Below are positions 36,925 to 51,289 of a stretch of 64,000 bases of DNA, piece by piece. The DNA comes from Heptranchias perlo (taxonomy: Eukaryota): NCBI RefSeq assembly GCF_035084215.1, contig NC_090325.1, positions 117,738,001 through 117,802,000 of the forward strand, read 5' to 3'. The translations under genes and the position numbers were made by a program. Numbering within the stretch: position 1 is the first letter of the stretch; the number at the start of each line of letters is the position of its first letter. The notes beneath the pieces are model-generated. The model searched no databases, was not told the DNA's origin, and saw nothing but the letters and a program-made list of their open reading frames with translations.

Positions 36925-38603
36925 TCAACCATCTTCAGCCAGAAGTGCCGAGTGGATGATCCATCTCGGCCTCCTCCCGATATCACCACCATCACAGAAG
37001 TCAGTCTTCAGCCAATTCGATTCACTCCACATGATATCTAGAAACGGCTGAGTGCACTGGATACAGCAAAGGCCATGGGCCCCGACAACATCCCGGCTGT
37101 AGTGCTGAAGACATGTGCTCCAGAACTAGCTGCGCCTCTAGCCAAATTGTTCCAGTACAGCTGCAACACTGGCATCTACCCGATAATGTGGAAAATTGCC
37201 CAGGTATGTTCTGTCCACAAAAAGCAGGACAAATCCAATCCGGCCAATTACCGCCCCATCAGTCTACTCTCAATCATCGGCAAAGTGATGGAAGGTGTCA
37301 TCGACAGTGCTATCGAGCGGCACTTGCTCACCAATAACCTGCTCACCGATGCTCAGTTTGGGTTCCACCAGGACCACTCGGCTCCAGACCTCATTACAGC
37401 CTTGGTCCAAACATGGACAAAAGAGCTGAATTCCAGAGGTGAGGTGAAAGTGACTGCCCTTGACATCAAGGCAGCATTTGACCGAGTGTGGCACCAAGGA
37501 GCCCTAGTAAAATTGAAGTCAATGGGAATCGGGGAAAACTCTCCAGTGGCTGGAGTCGTACCTAGCACAAAGGAAGATGGTAGTGGTTGTTGTAGGCCAA
37601 TCATCTCAGCCCCAGGACATTGCTGCAGGAGTTATTCAGGGCAGTGTCTTAAGCCCAACCATCTTCAGCTGCTTCATCAATGACCTTCCCTCCATCATAA
37701 GATCAGAAATGGGGATGTTCGCGATGATTGCACAGTGTTCAGTTCCATTCGCAACCACTCATATAATGAAGCAGTCCGTGCCCGCATGCAACAAGACCTG
37801 GACAACATCCAGGCTTGGGCTGATAAGTGGCAAGTAACATTCACGCCAGACAGGTGCCAGCAATGACCATCTCCAACAAGAGTGTCTAACCACCTCAACT
37901 TGACATTCAACGGCATTACCATCGCCGAATCCCCCACAATCAACATCCTGGAGGTCACCGTTGACCAGAAACTTAACTGGACCAGCCACATAAATACTGT
38001 GGCTACAAGAGCAGGTCAGAGGCTGGGTATTCTGTGGCGAGTGACTCCCCAAATCCTTTCCACCATCTGCAAGACACAAGTCAGGAGTGTGATGGAATAC
38101 TCTGCACTTGCCTGTATGAGTGCAGCTCCAACAACACTCAAGAAACTCGACACCATCCAGGACAAAGCATCCCGCTTGATTGGCACCCCATCCACCACCC
38201 TAAACATTCACTCCCTTCACCACTGGCGCACAGTGGCTGCAGTGTGTACCATCCACAGGATGCACTACAGCAACTCGCCAAGGCTTCTTCGACAGCACCT
38301 CCCAAACCCGCGACCTCTACCACCTAGAAGGATAAGGGCAGCAGGCACATGGGAACACCACCTGCACGTTCCCCTCCAAGTCACACACCATCCCGACTTG
38401 AAATATATCGCCATTCCTTCATCGTCGCTGGATCAAAATCCTGGAACTCCCTTCCTAACAGCACTGTGGGAGAATCTTCACCACACTGACTGCAGCGGTT
38501 CAAGAAGGTGGCTCACCCCCACCTTCTCGAGGGCAATTAGGGATGGGCAATAAATGCTGGCCTCGCCAGCGATGCCCACATCCCATGAACGAATAAAAAA
38601 AAT
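36925..38603 (+). mobile_element. Second, 5'-truncated copy of the tRNA-headed LINE family
   Basis: Aligns closely to 20975-22643 (SQKCRVDDPSRPPPDITTITE...DIKAAFDRVWHQ...) and ends in an A run. Confidence 0.93.
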
Positions 38604-38699
38604 CCATCTCCCATATGTCATTCTTCAAAGTGTTAAAAGTATCTAAAAATGAAAAAAAAAGTATGATTTTATACTTTTTTTTGACTTGGAGAAGAAATT

Positions 38700-39232
38700 C
38701 TCCCAGACCTTGGTCAGACCACATTTGGCGTACAGTGCTTAGTTTTGGGCACTGCACCTCTGGAAGGATATGTTGGCCTTTGAAGGGATGCAACGCAGAT
38801 TTGCCAAAATGGTACTGGAGCTTAGAGGGTTAAATTATGAGGATGGATTGCACAAATTTGGCTTGTATTCTTTTGAGGTGTTTAACATGTTAAAAGGAAT
38901 TGATTGGGTAGATATGGTGAAACTATTTCCTCTGGTGGGGGAATCAAGAACAAGGGTCATAATCTTTAAATTAGATTTAGGAGCAAAATCAGGAAGCACT
39001 TTTTCACACAAAAGGTAGTTGAAATCTGGAACTTTCTGCCCCCAAAAGGCTGTGGATGCTAGGAGAATTGGAGTTTTCGAGACAGAGATAGACATATTTT
39101 TGTTAGGTAAGGATATCCAGGGATATGGAGCAAAGACAGGTAAATGGAGTTGAGGTGCAGATCAGCCATGATCTTGAATGCCGGAACAGGCTCTGGGGGA
39201 CTGAATGGCTCACTTCTGTTCCTATTTTCCTA
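38700..39232 (+). mobile_element. Decayed CR1 3' fragment
   Basis: Encodes LFPLVGESRTR and has the CR1 3'UTR GATCAGCCATGATC. Confidence 0.85.
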
Positions 39233-41589
39233 TTTATAAGCATCTGCCAATTTCCAAACTTTCTTCAACAGCAGCAATTAACTGCTAACTGATCTGAGGA
39301 TTCGCCTAGTTAGAATTTGTTATCTTCAACGGACAGGCCAAGTTAAACACAGCTGTGCCCAAACAATAGAATATTACATTGTACATTAACATGGTATAAC
39401 GCTTGTGTCATGATAAAACATCTCATCATCCAATTTATCATGAGCAATACCAAGGGAGATCTGGTGCTTTGTTTTTGTTCTTTTGTTACCAGTTGATCTC
39501 CTGTGGTGTTGTATACAGGTAGTGAAGACTAAGTTTAGGTCAAGAAGGGAGGGATAGAGGGTGAGGCTGTAATTGGACCAAAGAAGGAAAGGGGGTTGGA
39601 AGTGGGGGAAAATACCTCATGGGGAGGAAGTAGGAAAAGTGCCTCAGTGAAAAGCAGAAACTACATTGTGGGGAGGGAGGGGGAGTTGGAAGAATAAACT
39701 CAATGGGGAAGAGTTGGAAAAATATCTCAATTTATGGGTGGGGGGCTGGGGTGGAGATGCAACCCAGTTTTCCAGAAAGTAGTGTCTGATTTCTCTGCAT
39801 AGGAGGAGGGTAGAATTTTCTAACACTGGAGGTTCTGATAATATAAAAACTGTACAGGTCCTGCGTTTATTCCGTATAATAGGGCCTAGTTTTTTTTTTT
39901 TTAAATGCCCCAATTTTTCAAATGGTGAAGAGGTTTCTGTATTTCAATGTGCAGAAGCCCTTTTTTTAAATATTAAAAACAAGAGTAATGCCTAACTGTG
40001 CTGGCAAGATTTCTTTATTTCTGAACCGGCACTAATTTCTCCAGGTTTGTTCCTGAGATAAGATGTTATGGTATAAGGGATTATGATGTTAGCTGGGAAG
40101 CTTGAGTCTTGGACTTTTTCCAAACTGATGTCTGTGCAAATGCATGAATGGCAAACAGAAAGTTTGCTTATGCAGGGTAGGACTCTTTTTGTTTCCTTCC
40201 TCGTGTTCACCCTTCTCAAATGATGGCCTGCTCCTTTTCGCAGTCTCTTTCTGCAGTGCCTTGGATACCTTAGAAGCAGGGCATATGTGTTCAAATTTCA
40301 ATTCATTGGGTTTAAAACTCAAATGAGAATCGAGTGCTATATCACTAGCTGCCAACAGCTTAATACAAAGAAAATATCAGTTATTAAAATTTTATTTAGG
40401 CATTTTTCAAATAGATTTTATCAAAAATGCAAAGAAAGTTATATTACTCTAATACTGTTCATTTTGTGTAGATGAGATACAATGACTCGTGTGTCAAGAC
40501 TTATCTACTGACAGGAATATTTTAGTAGAAGGTCAATAATAGTGCTCCCATGTCATGAGTAGAATGGTTTCCTTCACTTCCCCCTCCACTACTTACGTGA
40601 CAGCCTCCACAACCACAGTACCCGACTCATCCAGTGGCCCGGTTAATTGCGCAGTTTCCTTTAACTACACACAAGGGTGTCAGTAACTCATCTAAACGCG
40701 CAATTGCATGTACTTGTGTACCATTGTGTGAGTAGGATTGAACCATGCCTGAATAATCAAATGCATGTAAAAATAACAATGAACTGCCTGTGATACTTGA
40801 ATTTGCTAATTCTACTCTTCGAGAAGATTTTATATTTAAATAATGGAATTTAAGATTAGCATGGACACAAGAGCCTGAAAGTCATAACAGTCTTCTGATG
40901 TCCGTATTTTACTAAACATCAGGCGTAAAATGGGCCCTTTTAAATTTGTGAGGTTTGTTATGAGAGTGACACAATTTTTTAATCTTGCACAATGTAAATA
41001 AAATCATTACTATCCTAAAGTTGTTAAATATTTGCAGTGCAAATTTTTAAATCAGTTTGCAAGTACAGGAATGAGTCAGCAGCTTTGCAGTTCCTATAGT
41101 ATGTTACAGTAGTTACAATGAAACAAGCCACATCAGGTTTTAAAATTTTTAATCATGTTCAGTAGTCAGCTATTAAGACAGAGGGGAGGGCGTCAATTAC
41201 AGTGGAGCCTACCTATTTTAAAGGATGCCATATGCTGTGTTGTATTTGAAACTGTAGTTTTGGAGGGTGATTTACACTCGAGGTTTAAACATGAATAAGT
41301 ATGTACTTCTGTTTGTAAATAGGAAAATTGTCCATTTTAAGCAAAGTGTTTTAAATCTGTGCAGTTCCATATCATTTACTGCTCTTTGCATTTTTATTTT
41401 AAAATCGTTCATTTTCTTCCCCCACTCTATTCCAAAAATCTCTTCTGGATGGTTGTCTTTAACAGTAGTTAGGTATATACGTAGGTGAAATAATAAAGTT
41501 TGAAAAGTAAATTCTTTCCTATTGTGCTGTTAGCAAAAATCATTCATTTTGAAAAGTCACGTGCGTACCGAAAATCGCAGTTCTTGTTT

Positions 41590-42790
41590 AAAAGTAAAAG
41601 GTTAGTCAAAGGAAGGGTTGGGTTGATTAGAGATCAAAAAGGAAATCTTGTGGAGGCTGAGGGCATTGCTGAGGTACTAAATGAGTGCTTTGCATCTATC
41701 TTCACAACAGAAGAGGATGCAACCAATGTCATAGTAAAGGAGAAATGTAAGGAATCTTACAACACCAGGTTATAGTCCAACAGTTTTATTTGAAAATCAC
41801 AAGCTTTCGGAGCTCACCTCCTTTGTCAGGTGAGTGATTCCTTACATTTGTCCACCCCAGTCCATCACCGGCATCTCCACATCATAGTAAAGGAGGAAGG
41901 TGTAGAGGAATTGGATAAAATAAAAATAGATGAAGAGGAGGTACTTAAAAGGTTAGCAGTGCTCAAAGTAGAAAAGTCACCCAGTCTGGATAGGATGCGT
42001 CCTTGGTTGCTGAAAGAAGCAAGGGTGGAAATAGTGGAGGCACTAGCCACAATCTTTCAATTCTCTGGCTTTGGGAGTGGTGCCAGAGGACTGTTACAGC
42101 CCTGTTAAAAAAGGGGAGAAGGATAAACTCAGTAACCACTGGCCCGTTCAGCCTCATGTCGGTGGTGGGGAAACGTCCAGAGACTATAATCTGGGACAAA
42201 ATTAATTGTCACTTGGAAGAACCTGGATTAATAAATGACAGCCAATGCAGATTTGTTAAAGGCAAATCGTGTCTGACAAACTTGATTGAGTTCTTCCATG
42301 AAATAACGGCAAGCGTTGATGATGGTAGTGCACTTGATATTTTGTATATGGCCTTTCAAAGGGGGTTTGATAAAGTGCCGCATAATAGACTCGTTCGCAA
42401 AATCGAAGCGCACGGGATTAAAGGAGCAGTGGCAATGTGGATACGAAATTGGCTAAGAGACAGAATGCATAGACTAGTGGTGAACAATTGTTTATCAGAT
42501 TGGAGGGAAATACACAGTGATGTCCCCCAAGAGGTGGTATTAGGGCCACAGCTCTTTTTGATATATATTAATACTCAGCGAGTTGTTATAATCTGGAATG
42601 CACAGCCTAAAAGGATGGCGGAAGCAGATTAAATAGTAACTTTCAAAAGGGAATTGGATATATACTTGAAAAGGAAAAATGTGAAGGGCTATAGGGAAAG
42701 AGCAGGGGAGTGGGACTAATTGGATAGCTCTTTCAAAAAGCCGGCACAGGCACGAGGGGCTAGATGCCATCCTTCTGTGCTGTAAGATTT
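41590..42790 (+). mobile_element. Decayed CR1 with an internal deletion (~42572) and a nested mini Penelope
   Basis: Has KSCLTNLIEFF and FDKVPH, and the RT region jumps directly to TQRVVIIWNA. Confidence 0.85.
41743..41881. mobile_element. Mini Penelope insertion (inverted terminal fragment plus sense 3' end) with 14-bp TSD
   Basis: TCATAGTAAAGGAG is duplicated at 41729-41742 and 41882-41895. The minus strand has CTGACAA-A-GGAG(GTGAG)CTCC-GAAAGCTTGTGA, and the sense end is ...CCGGCATCTCCACA. Confidence 0.88.
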
Positions 42791-43024
42791 TAAGGTGTTA
42801 ATTTTTCTATCAAAGATTGAGATTTCTCTTCTGACTATTTTTGTTTCCTGGTTGTCATTGATCTTTCAAAATGAATTCCTTCCAATTATGAAATGTGTGT
42901 CTGAAATCATAGTGCTGTAGATTTTTGTCATCAAAGCAACATCAACAGTCTTCAATGACTAAATCAGTGGCCAAATTATTCTTATTAGACACAGTATTCC
43001 TCTTGGTGCTGCCCAATCTGTAAA

Positions 43025-45035
43025 TTACATAGGATTACACAGAATGTGCAGCACAGAAACAGGCCTTTCGGCCCAACAGGTCCATACCGGTGCTTATGCT
43101 CCACACGAGCCTCCTCCCTCCCTACTTCATCCAAACCTAACAGCATGCATTCTTTTCCTTTCTCCATCATGTGTTTATCTAGCTTCTCCTTAAATGTATC
43201 TATGCTAGTCGCCTCAACTACTCCTTGTGGTAGTGAGTTCCACATTCTAACCACTCTCTGGGTAAAGAAGTTTCTCCTGATTTCCCTATTGGATTTATTA
43301 GTGACAATCCTACACTTATCGCTCTTAGTTCAGGTCTCCCCCGAGAGTGGAAACATCTTCTCTACATCTACCCTATCGAACCCTTTCATAATCTTAAAGA
43401 CCTCTATCAGGTCACTTCTCAGCTTTCTTTTTTCTAAAGAAAAGAGCCTCAGCCTGTTCAATCTTTCCTGATAGTTATAACCTCTCAGTTCCTGTATCAT
43501 TCTAGTAAATCCTTTTTGCACCTTCTCCAGTGTCTCTATATCCTTTTTATAATATGGAGTCCAGAACTGTGCACAGTACTCCAAGTGTGGTCTAACCAAG
43601 GTTCTATACAAGTTTAACATAACTTCTCTGCTTTTCAATTCTCTCTCTCTAGGAATGAACCCCAGGGCTTGGTTTGATTTTTTTTTAATGGCCTCAGTAA
43701 CCTGTGTTGCTACTTTTAGTGATTTGTGTATCTGTACCCCCAGATCTCTCTACCCCATTTGGACTCTTCTTATCCCAGCAATATGTGGTCCCCTTATTCT
43801 TCCTACGAAATGTGATACCTCTCACTTACCTACATTGAAATTCATTTACTAATTATGTGCCCACTCTAAGTTTATTAATGTCCTCCTATTTTTTGTCAAC
43901 GTGTTCTTCGGTATTAACTATACCCCCCCCCTCCCCAATTTAGTGTCGTCCACAAATTTTGAAATTGTACTTCCAATTCCCGAGTCCAAATTGTTTAAGT
44001 AAATGGTCCCAGCACCGATCCTTGTGGAACACCACTTCCCACCTTTTGCCAATCTGAGTAATTACCTTTAACCCCTACTTTCTGTTTTCTGTTTTGTAGC
44101 CAGCTTGCTATCCATTCTGCTACTTGTCCCCTGACTCCACATGCTCTTACCTTAGTCATGAGTCTACTAAACGGTACCTTATCTAAGGCCTTTTTGAAAA
44201 TCCAAATATATTACATCTACTGCATTAACCTTGTCTACCCTTTCTGATACTTACTCAAAGAATTCAGTAAGGTTGGTCAAGCATGATCTTCCCTTTTGAA
44301 ATCCATGCTGACTATTCTTTATTATATTTTAGTTTTCTAGATTTTTTTTCTATTACATCTTTGAGTAAAGATTCCATTATCTTTCCTACCACCGACGTTG
44401 TGTTAATTGGTCTATAATTTCCTGGACTGGTTCTATCTCCCTTCTTAAATATAAGAATCACAACAGCTGTCCGCCAGTCCTCTGGCATTATTCCCTTTTC
44501 TAATAAATTTTTATATATATGTAATAGTGCCTCTGCTATCTCCTCCCTAACTTCTTTTAAAATGCACAGATGCAATCCATCTGGACCAGGGGTTTTATCC
44601 TCCCTAAGTTTGATGACTTTATGAATTATCTCCCCCCTTTCTAGCTTAAGTCTTTATACCTTTTCTTCTAATGTCATGCCCACCATGTTAGTGTCTTTGG
44701 TAAATATTGAGGCAAAATAATTATTTAATATTTCTGCCATTTCGCTGGCATAAACTGTGAGTTTATTGTGTCTATCCCTTAGTGGCTCTATCCCTTTCCT
44801 GGTTTTTCTTTTGTTATTGATGTGTCTGTAGAATACTTTACTATTTCTTTTTATATTCTATAATAATTTAATTTTGTAGTTTCTTTTTGCCTTCCTAATT
44901 TTTTAAAAACTTCTTTCCTAACGTTTTCATATTCCCTTTTGTCATCCTCTCCTTTGTTGTCTATGTACTTAGTGTATGCCTTTTTCTTCAGTTTCAATTT
45001 TGCCCTTATTTCTTTATTCATCCATGGTCTATCAT
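43025..45035 (-). mobile_element. Decayed CR1 LINE
   Basis: ORF fragments 42985-43254, 43330-43638 (LVRPHLEYC) and 44312-44575 (GNYRPI). Confidence 0.9.
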
Positions 45036-45040
45036 TAATT

Positions 45041-47370
45041 GTTCAGGGCAGCTTTCTGCAATAATATGTCCTAGAAGCAACAAGGGGGCAGGCCATATTT
45101 GATTTAAGAATGAGTAATGAGCCAGATTTAGTTAACAAACTAACGGTGTGTGAACATTCATCTAATAGCGATCACAATATGATTGAGTTCAACATTGTGT
45201 TTGAAAGGGAGAAACCCATATCAGCTACTAAGATTCTAAATTTAGGTAAGGCCGACTTCAACGGGATGCGACAGAGACTGTTCACAGTAAACTGGGCAAA
45301 TCTGGTTAATGGGTAAAATGACAAGATCAGTGGGAGGTGTTCAAAAAAGAATTTAACATGATACAGAACCGGTCTAAGGGGCAAGAGCTCTACTTGCCAA
45401 AAAAAAAAGCCATGGATGACAAAAGAGGTAAGGGACAACATAAAACTAAAAGAAAAAGCATACAGAAATGCAAAAGATAGCACAAATCCTGGCAACTGGG
45501 AGAGATACAAAAAACAGCAAAGGGTGACAAAACAAATAGCAAGAGCTACAAAAGGAGTATGAAAAGAAATATGCAAGGGATCAAGAAAAAATGTTTACTA
45601 TTATATTAGGAAAAAGAGGGTGGGCAAGAGCAATGCGGGCCCCTTAATAACTAATAATGGTGATACTGTAAATAAAAATAAGTGAATGGTGGACATGTTA
45701 AATAATTATTTTGCATCAGAATTTACAGTAGGGGAAGAGGATAGCATGCCTGACACCCCAAGGAAACTAATTTTGAATCAGGGACGGGGACTCACCATAA
45801 TTAATGTAAGCAAATTAACGGTAATGAAAATAATGGCACTAAAGAGTGACAAATCCCCAGGATCAGATGGTTTCCATCCCAGGATTTTAAAGGAAGTAGA
45901 TGAGAACATTGCAGAAGCCCTAACTATAATCTTTCAAAGTTCTCTTGATTCGGGAACGGTTCCTTTATTTTGGATAATTGCACGTCACTCCGCTATGTAA
46001 GAAAGGTGAGAGAGGGAAACCAGGGAATTATAGACCAGTTCGCCTAACCTCTGTAGTCGGGAAATTACTAGAGCCTGTAATTGAGGATAGAGTGACTTTC
46101 AGCTGATCAGAGAGAGCCAGATTTGTAGAGGGTAAGTCATGCCTGATGAACCTGTTTGAATTTTTTGAAGAGGTGACTAAAGTGGACAGGGGAATGTCAA
46201 TGGATGTTGTTTATATGGACTTCCAGAAGGCATTCCATAAAGACCCTCATAAGAGACTGTTAGTTAAAGTTGAAGCTCGTGGAATTGAGGGCAAATTATT
46301 GACCTGGTTAGGAATTTGGCTGAGCGGCAGGAGAGAGAGAGAGTAGGGATAATGGGCAGGTACTCAAATTGGCAGGATGTGATTAGTGGTATCCCTCAGA
46401 GATCTGTGTTGGGGCCTCAACCATTCACTGTATTTATTAACTACTTAGATGACTGGATAGAGAGCCACATATCCAGGTTTGCCGATGGCACAAAGATAGG
46501 CAAGCATTGTAAGCAGTGTAGATGGAAGCATAAAATTACAGAGATATATTAATAGATTAAGTGAATGGGCAAAACTATGGCAAATGGATTTCAGTGTAGG
46601 CAATTGTGAGGTCATCCACTTTGGACCTAAAAAGGATAGATCAGAGTATTTTCTAAATGGTGACAAGCTCGAAACAGTGGAGGTGCAGAGACTTAGGGGT
46701 CATAGATCCATAAATGTCATGGACAGGTGCAGAAAATAATCAAAAAGACTAGTGGAATGCTGGCCTTTATATCTATAGGACTAGAATACAAGGGGTAGAA
46801 GTTGTGCTACAGCTATAAGCCCTGGTTAGACCACGCCTGGAATATTGTGTTCAGTTCTGGTTACCGGATCTTAGGAAGGATGTATTGACCTTGGAGGGAG
46901 TGCAGCATAGATTTGCTAGAACAATACCTGGACTCCAAGGGTTAAATTACGAGGAGAGATTACACAAACTAGGGTTGTAGTCCCTGGAATTTGGAAGATT
47001 AAGGAGTGATTTTATTGAAGTTTTCAAGGTATTAAGGGGAAATAAGAGGGTTGATAGAAAATATTTCTGCTGGTAGGGGTGTCTAGGACCAGGGGACATA
47101 GCCTAAAAATTAGAGCCAGGACTCTCAGAAGTGAAGTTAGGAAGCACTTCTACAGGCAAAGGGTGGTAGAAGTTTGGATCTCTCTTCCGCAAACGGCAGT
47201 TGATGTTGGCTCAATTGATTTTAAATCTGAGATTGATAGATTTTTGTTAGCCCCGTATCCCTTAATACCTTTGGTTAAGGTGGGTATATGGAGTTAGGTC
47301 ACAGATCAGCCATGATCTCATTGAATGACAGAAGGGGCTAAATGGCTTACACCTATTCCTATGTACCTAT
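45041..47370 (+). mobile_element. Decayed CR1 LINE
   Basis: Fragments with SDHNMIEF, DKSPGSDGFHPRILKE, MDFQKAF, FADG and TRGHSLKI. Confidence 0.9.
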
Positions 47371-48029
47371 TGCTTACTAGTCTTACATGAGGAACTATGT
47401 TGAACCTATTAGTTTTCCAAGATTAGCAGATTCAAATCCCAGATTTGACAAACTTTCAGTACTGTTAGTGGAGAAAGAGACAAATATGGATAAAAAGAAA
47501 ATATTTAGCTAACTAAGGATTTCAATTTCATGCTGGAAACTGTTATAGATTTGTATTTCTTTTTCAAACAAGAACAGTTAATTCTGAGCCATGCAGTGTT
47601 TCATGGGTGAAGGGAGAAAACAGTATTGAGGAAGTTTAGCAGCCTGTTGTGTCCAGATTTTGAGGCATACTATAAGACCATATACACATTGCCCATTATA
47701 GTTTTATACGAAAGTTTTATTTACGATCATGTATTGCTATGAACTCAATGTTTATGTGAACTGAGATTGTGCAAAATTATTCTGCAATTTAGTATTTGAA
47801 ATAGTGACCTGGTAGCCTGTGATGTCTTAATCGAGCATAATACAATATGGAGAAACGTTTCTCGATAGTGGGATGTTTTAAAATATTCAATAGTGTGAGT
47901 AAATTCAACTTTAGAATAGGGACAGACATTACCTGCGAACCACTGTAAAGTGCACTCGATCATACTTTGAAGTAACGGAAAGGGTTGATGAGGGTAGTGC
48001 GGTTAGCCATAGCCCTCATGTTAGCTGAT

Positions 48030-49552
48030 AGTGTTAATGGCTCCCCCTCCTCATGTACTGTCACCCTCCCCTTCGAATCTACCATCACCACTCCCGTCAT
48101 CAAAAAACCCAGTCTTAACCCCTCTGTCCTTGCAAACTATCGCCCCATCTCCGATCTCCTTTTTCTCTTCAAAGTCCTTGAATGTGTTGTCGCCTCACAA
48201 ATCTGTGCCCCTCTTTTCCGCAACTCCGTGTTTGAATTCCTCCAATCAGGTTTCCACCCCTGCCACGGTACTGAAACGGCACTTACCAAAATCACAAATG
48301 ACATCGTATGTGACGTGACCATAGTAAACTATCCCTCATGATCTTCTCGACCTGTCTGCAGCCTTTGACACGGTTGACCACACCATCCTCCTCCAACACC
48401 TCTCCTCCGTTGCCCAGCTGGGTGGGACTGCGCTCGCCTGGTTCCATTCTTATCCATCCAGTCGTAGCCAGAGAGTCACCTGCAGTGGCTTCTCTTCCCG
48501 CTCCCGCACCGTTACCTCGAGTCCCCCAAGGATCTATCATTGGGCCCCTCCTGTTTCTCATCTGCATGCTGCATCTCAGCGATATCATTTGCAAACACGT
48601 CAGGTTACATGTGTATGCTGACGACACCCAGCTCTACCTCACTACCACCTCCATCGACCCCTCCACTGTCTCTGATTTGTCACACTGCTTGTCCAACTTC
48701 CAGTACTGGATGAGCAAACATTTCCTCCAACTAAATATTGGGAAGACCGAAGACAATGACTTCGGTCCCCGCCGCAAACTCCGTTCCCTCTCCCTGGCCA
48801 TTGTCTGAGGCTGACCCAGACCGTTCATAACCGTGGCGTCCTATTTGACCCCGAGATGATCTTCCAACCACATATCTGTTCTATCACCAAGACCGCCTAC
48901 TTCCACCTGCAACATCGCCCATCTCTGCCCCTGCCTCAGTTCATCTACTGCTGAAACCCTCATCCATGCCTTTGTTACCTTTAGACTTGACTATCCAATG
49001 CTCTGCTGGCCAGCCTCCCATCTTCCACCCTCCATAAACTTGAGCTCATCCAAAACTCTGCTGCCCGTATCCTAACTTGCATCAAGTCGCATTCACCCAT
49101 CACCCCTGTGCTCGCTGACCTACATTGGCTTCCGGCCCAGGAACGCCTCGATTTTAAAATTCTCATCCTTGTTTTCAAATCCCTCCATGGCCTCGCCCCT
49201 CCCTATCTCTGTAACCTCCTCCAGCCCTACAACCCTCCGAGATCTCTGCACTCCTCCAATTCTTGCCTCTTGCGCGCCCCTGATTTTAATTGCTCCACCA
49301 TTGGTAGCCATGCCTTCAGCTGCCTAGGCCCTAAGCTCTGGAATTCCCTCCCTAAACCCGTCTGCCTCTCTACCTTTCTCCTCCTTTAACACGCGCCTTA
49401 AATCCTACTTCTTTGATCAAGCTTTTGGTCATCTGTCCATATATCCCCTTATGTGGCTTGGTGTCAAATTTTGTTTGATAATCGCATCTGTGAAGTGCAT
49501 TGGGACATTTTACTAAGTTCAAGGCGCTATATAAATGCAAGTTGTTGTTGTT
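48030..49552 (+). mobile_element. L2 LINE 3' half
   Basis: Has NYRPIS, QSGF...[23 protein letters not shown] and LHWLP. The tail is GCTATATAAATGCAAGTTGTTGTTG. Confidence 0.93.
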
Positions 49553-50675
49553 GTACATGGACTTTCAAAAGGCATTTGATAAAGTACCTCATAACAGACC
49601 TGTAAGCAAAATTGAAGGGACAGTGCCAGCGTGGATACAACATTAGCTATGGGACAGAAAGTAGAGTGTCGTGGTGAACGGTTGTTTTTCAGACTGGAGG
49701 GAAATGTACAGTGGTGTTCCCAAGGGATCATTATTAGGACCATTGCTCTTCTTGATATATATTAATGACCTGGACTTGGGTATACAGAGTACAAGTTTGC
49801 AGATGACATGAAACTCGGGAATGTAATAAACAATATGTGGGATAGTAGTAGACTTCAGGAGGACATAGACAGACAGGTGAAATGGCAGATGAAATTTAAC
49901 GCAGTGAATTGTGAATTGATACATTTTGGTATGAAGAGTGAGGAGAGGCAATATAAACTAAATGGTATAATTTTAAAGGGTGTGCAGGAACAGAGAGACC
50001 TGGGGTATATGTGCACACATGCTGAAGGTGGCAGGGCAGGTTGAGAAAGCGGTTTTAAAAAAAGCATACAGGATCCTGGGCTTTATAAATAGAGGCATAG
50101 GTTTCAAAAGCAAGGAAGTTATGATGAACCTTTACAAAACACTGTGTCCAATTCTGGGCACCGCACTTTAAGAAGGGTGTGAATGCCTAAGGGAGGGTGC
50201 AGAAAAGATTTACTAGAATGGTTCCAGGGATGAGGGACTTCAGTTACATGGATAGACTGGAGAAGCTGGGGTTGTTCTCGTTTGAGTAGAGAAGGTTGAG
50301 AGGAGATTTGATTGAGGTGTTCAAAATAATGAGGGGTCTAGACAGAGAAGATGGAGAGAAACTGTTTCCATTGGCAGAAGGGTCGAGAACCAGAGGGCAC
50401 AGATTTAAGGTAATTGGCAAAAGAATCGAAGGTGACATGAGGAAAAAATTTTTACACAGAGTAGTTATGATCTGGAATGCACTGCCTGTAAGGGTGGTGG
50501 AGGCGGATTCAATTGTGGCTTTCAAAAGGGAATTGGATAAGTACTTAAAGGAAAAAAATTGTAGGGCTAAAGGGAAAGGATGGGGGAGTGGGACTAGCTT
50601 AATTGCTCTTGCAGAGAGCTGGCACGGGCTTGACGTGCCGAATGGCTGCTTTCTGTGCTGTAACCATTCTTTAAT
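49553..50675 (+). mobile_element. Decayed CR1 RT to 3' end
   Basis: Starts at YMDFQKAFDK-like sequence; ORF 50296-50682 has RGDLIEVFKI and TRGH. Confidence 0.9.
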
Positions 50676-50689
50676 TTATTGATTCTATG

Positions 50690-51125
50690 TTACTATGGAG
50701 GAAGGGTTACAATTATGAACAGAAACTTGAGAAGTTGGGACTTGTATCGGAGCTGAGAAGATTAAGCAGTAACCTGATAGTCTGCAAGATTATGAAGAGT
50801 TATGATAACATAAATAGTGATAGATTGTTTTCACTGATTGGAAAGGTAACAGAAGAGCAGACAACTGCATCATCCAGTTCCTGCAGTGAAAACAAATCTC
50901 TAACACAAATCATTATTGAAGCAGAGTCCATAATTTTTTTTAAAAGGGAATTCAATAGTTTTAAAAAGAGGAATGTACAGAGTATGGGACTTGTTTGAAA
51001 ATGGGGAACATTAAAAAAATTACAGACTGTGCAGGAAAGTGAAATTAGACCAGATTTCTGATGTGGAGGAAACACTGCCACCTGATGGGCTTAATGGTCT
51101 GTTTCTGTGCTGTAACATTCTACAG
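50690..51125 (+). mobile_element. Very old CR1 3' fragment
   Basis: Encodes YEQKLEKLGL..LRRL; the 3'UTR is TGATGGGCTTAATGGTCTGTTTCTGTGCTG. Confidence 0.6.
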
Positions 51126-51289
51126 AAAGTGCATGTGTGTTATCAGGATCATAACACCATAGTGAAATAATCTGCTGGCACTTACTAGCTCATACATGAA
51201 GAACAGGCACTTCGGTGAGTTGCCAAGATAATTAGTGAAAATGTAGTTTATTCATCCTATCTTAATTCATCCATCCTCGTGTTTCCTTT

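Noticed and set aside
39992-40355. Overlapping 60-100 aa ORFs as a nested gene
   Set aside because: No recognisable domain or exon structure; lengths are within chance expectation.
43025-47370. Head-to-head CR1 pair resembling a twin-priming inversion
   Set aside because: Both copies have their own 3' tails, overlap in ORF2 coverage and are clearly diverged, so they are independent insertions.
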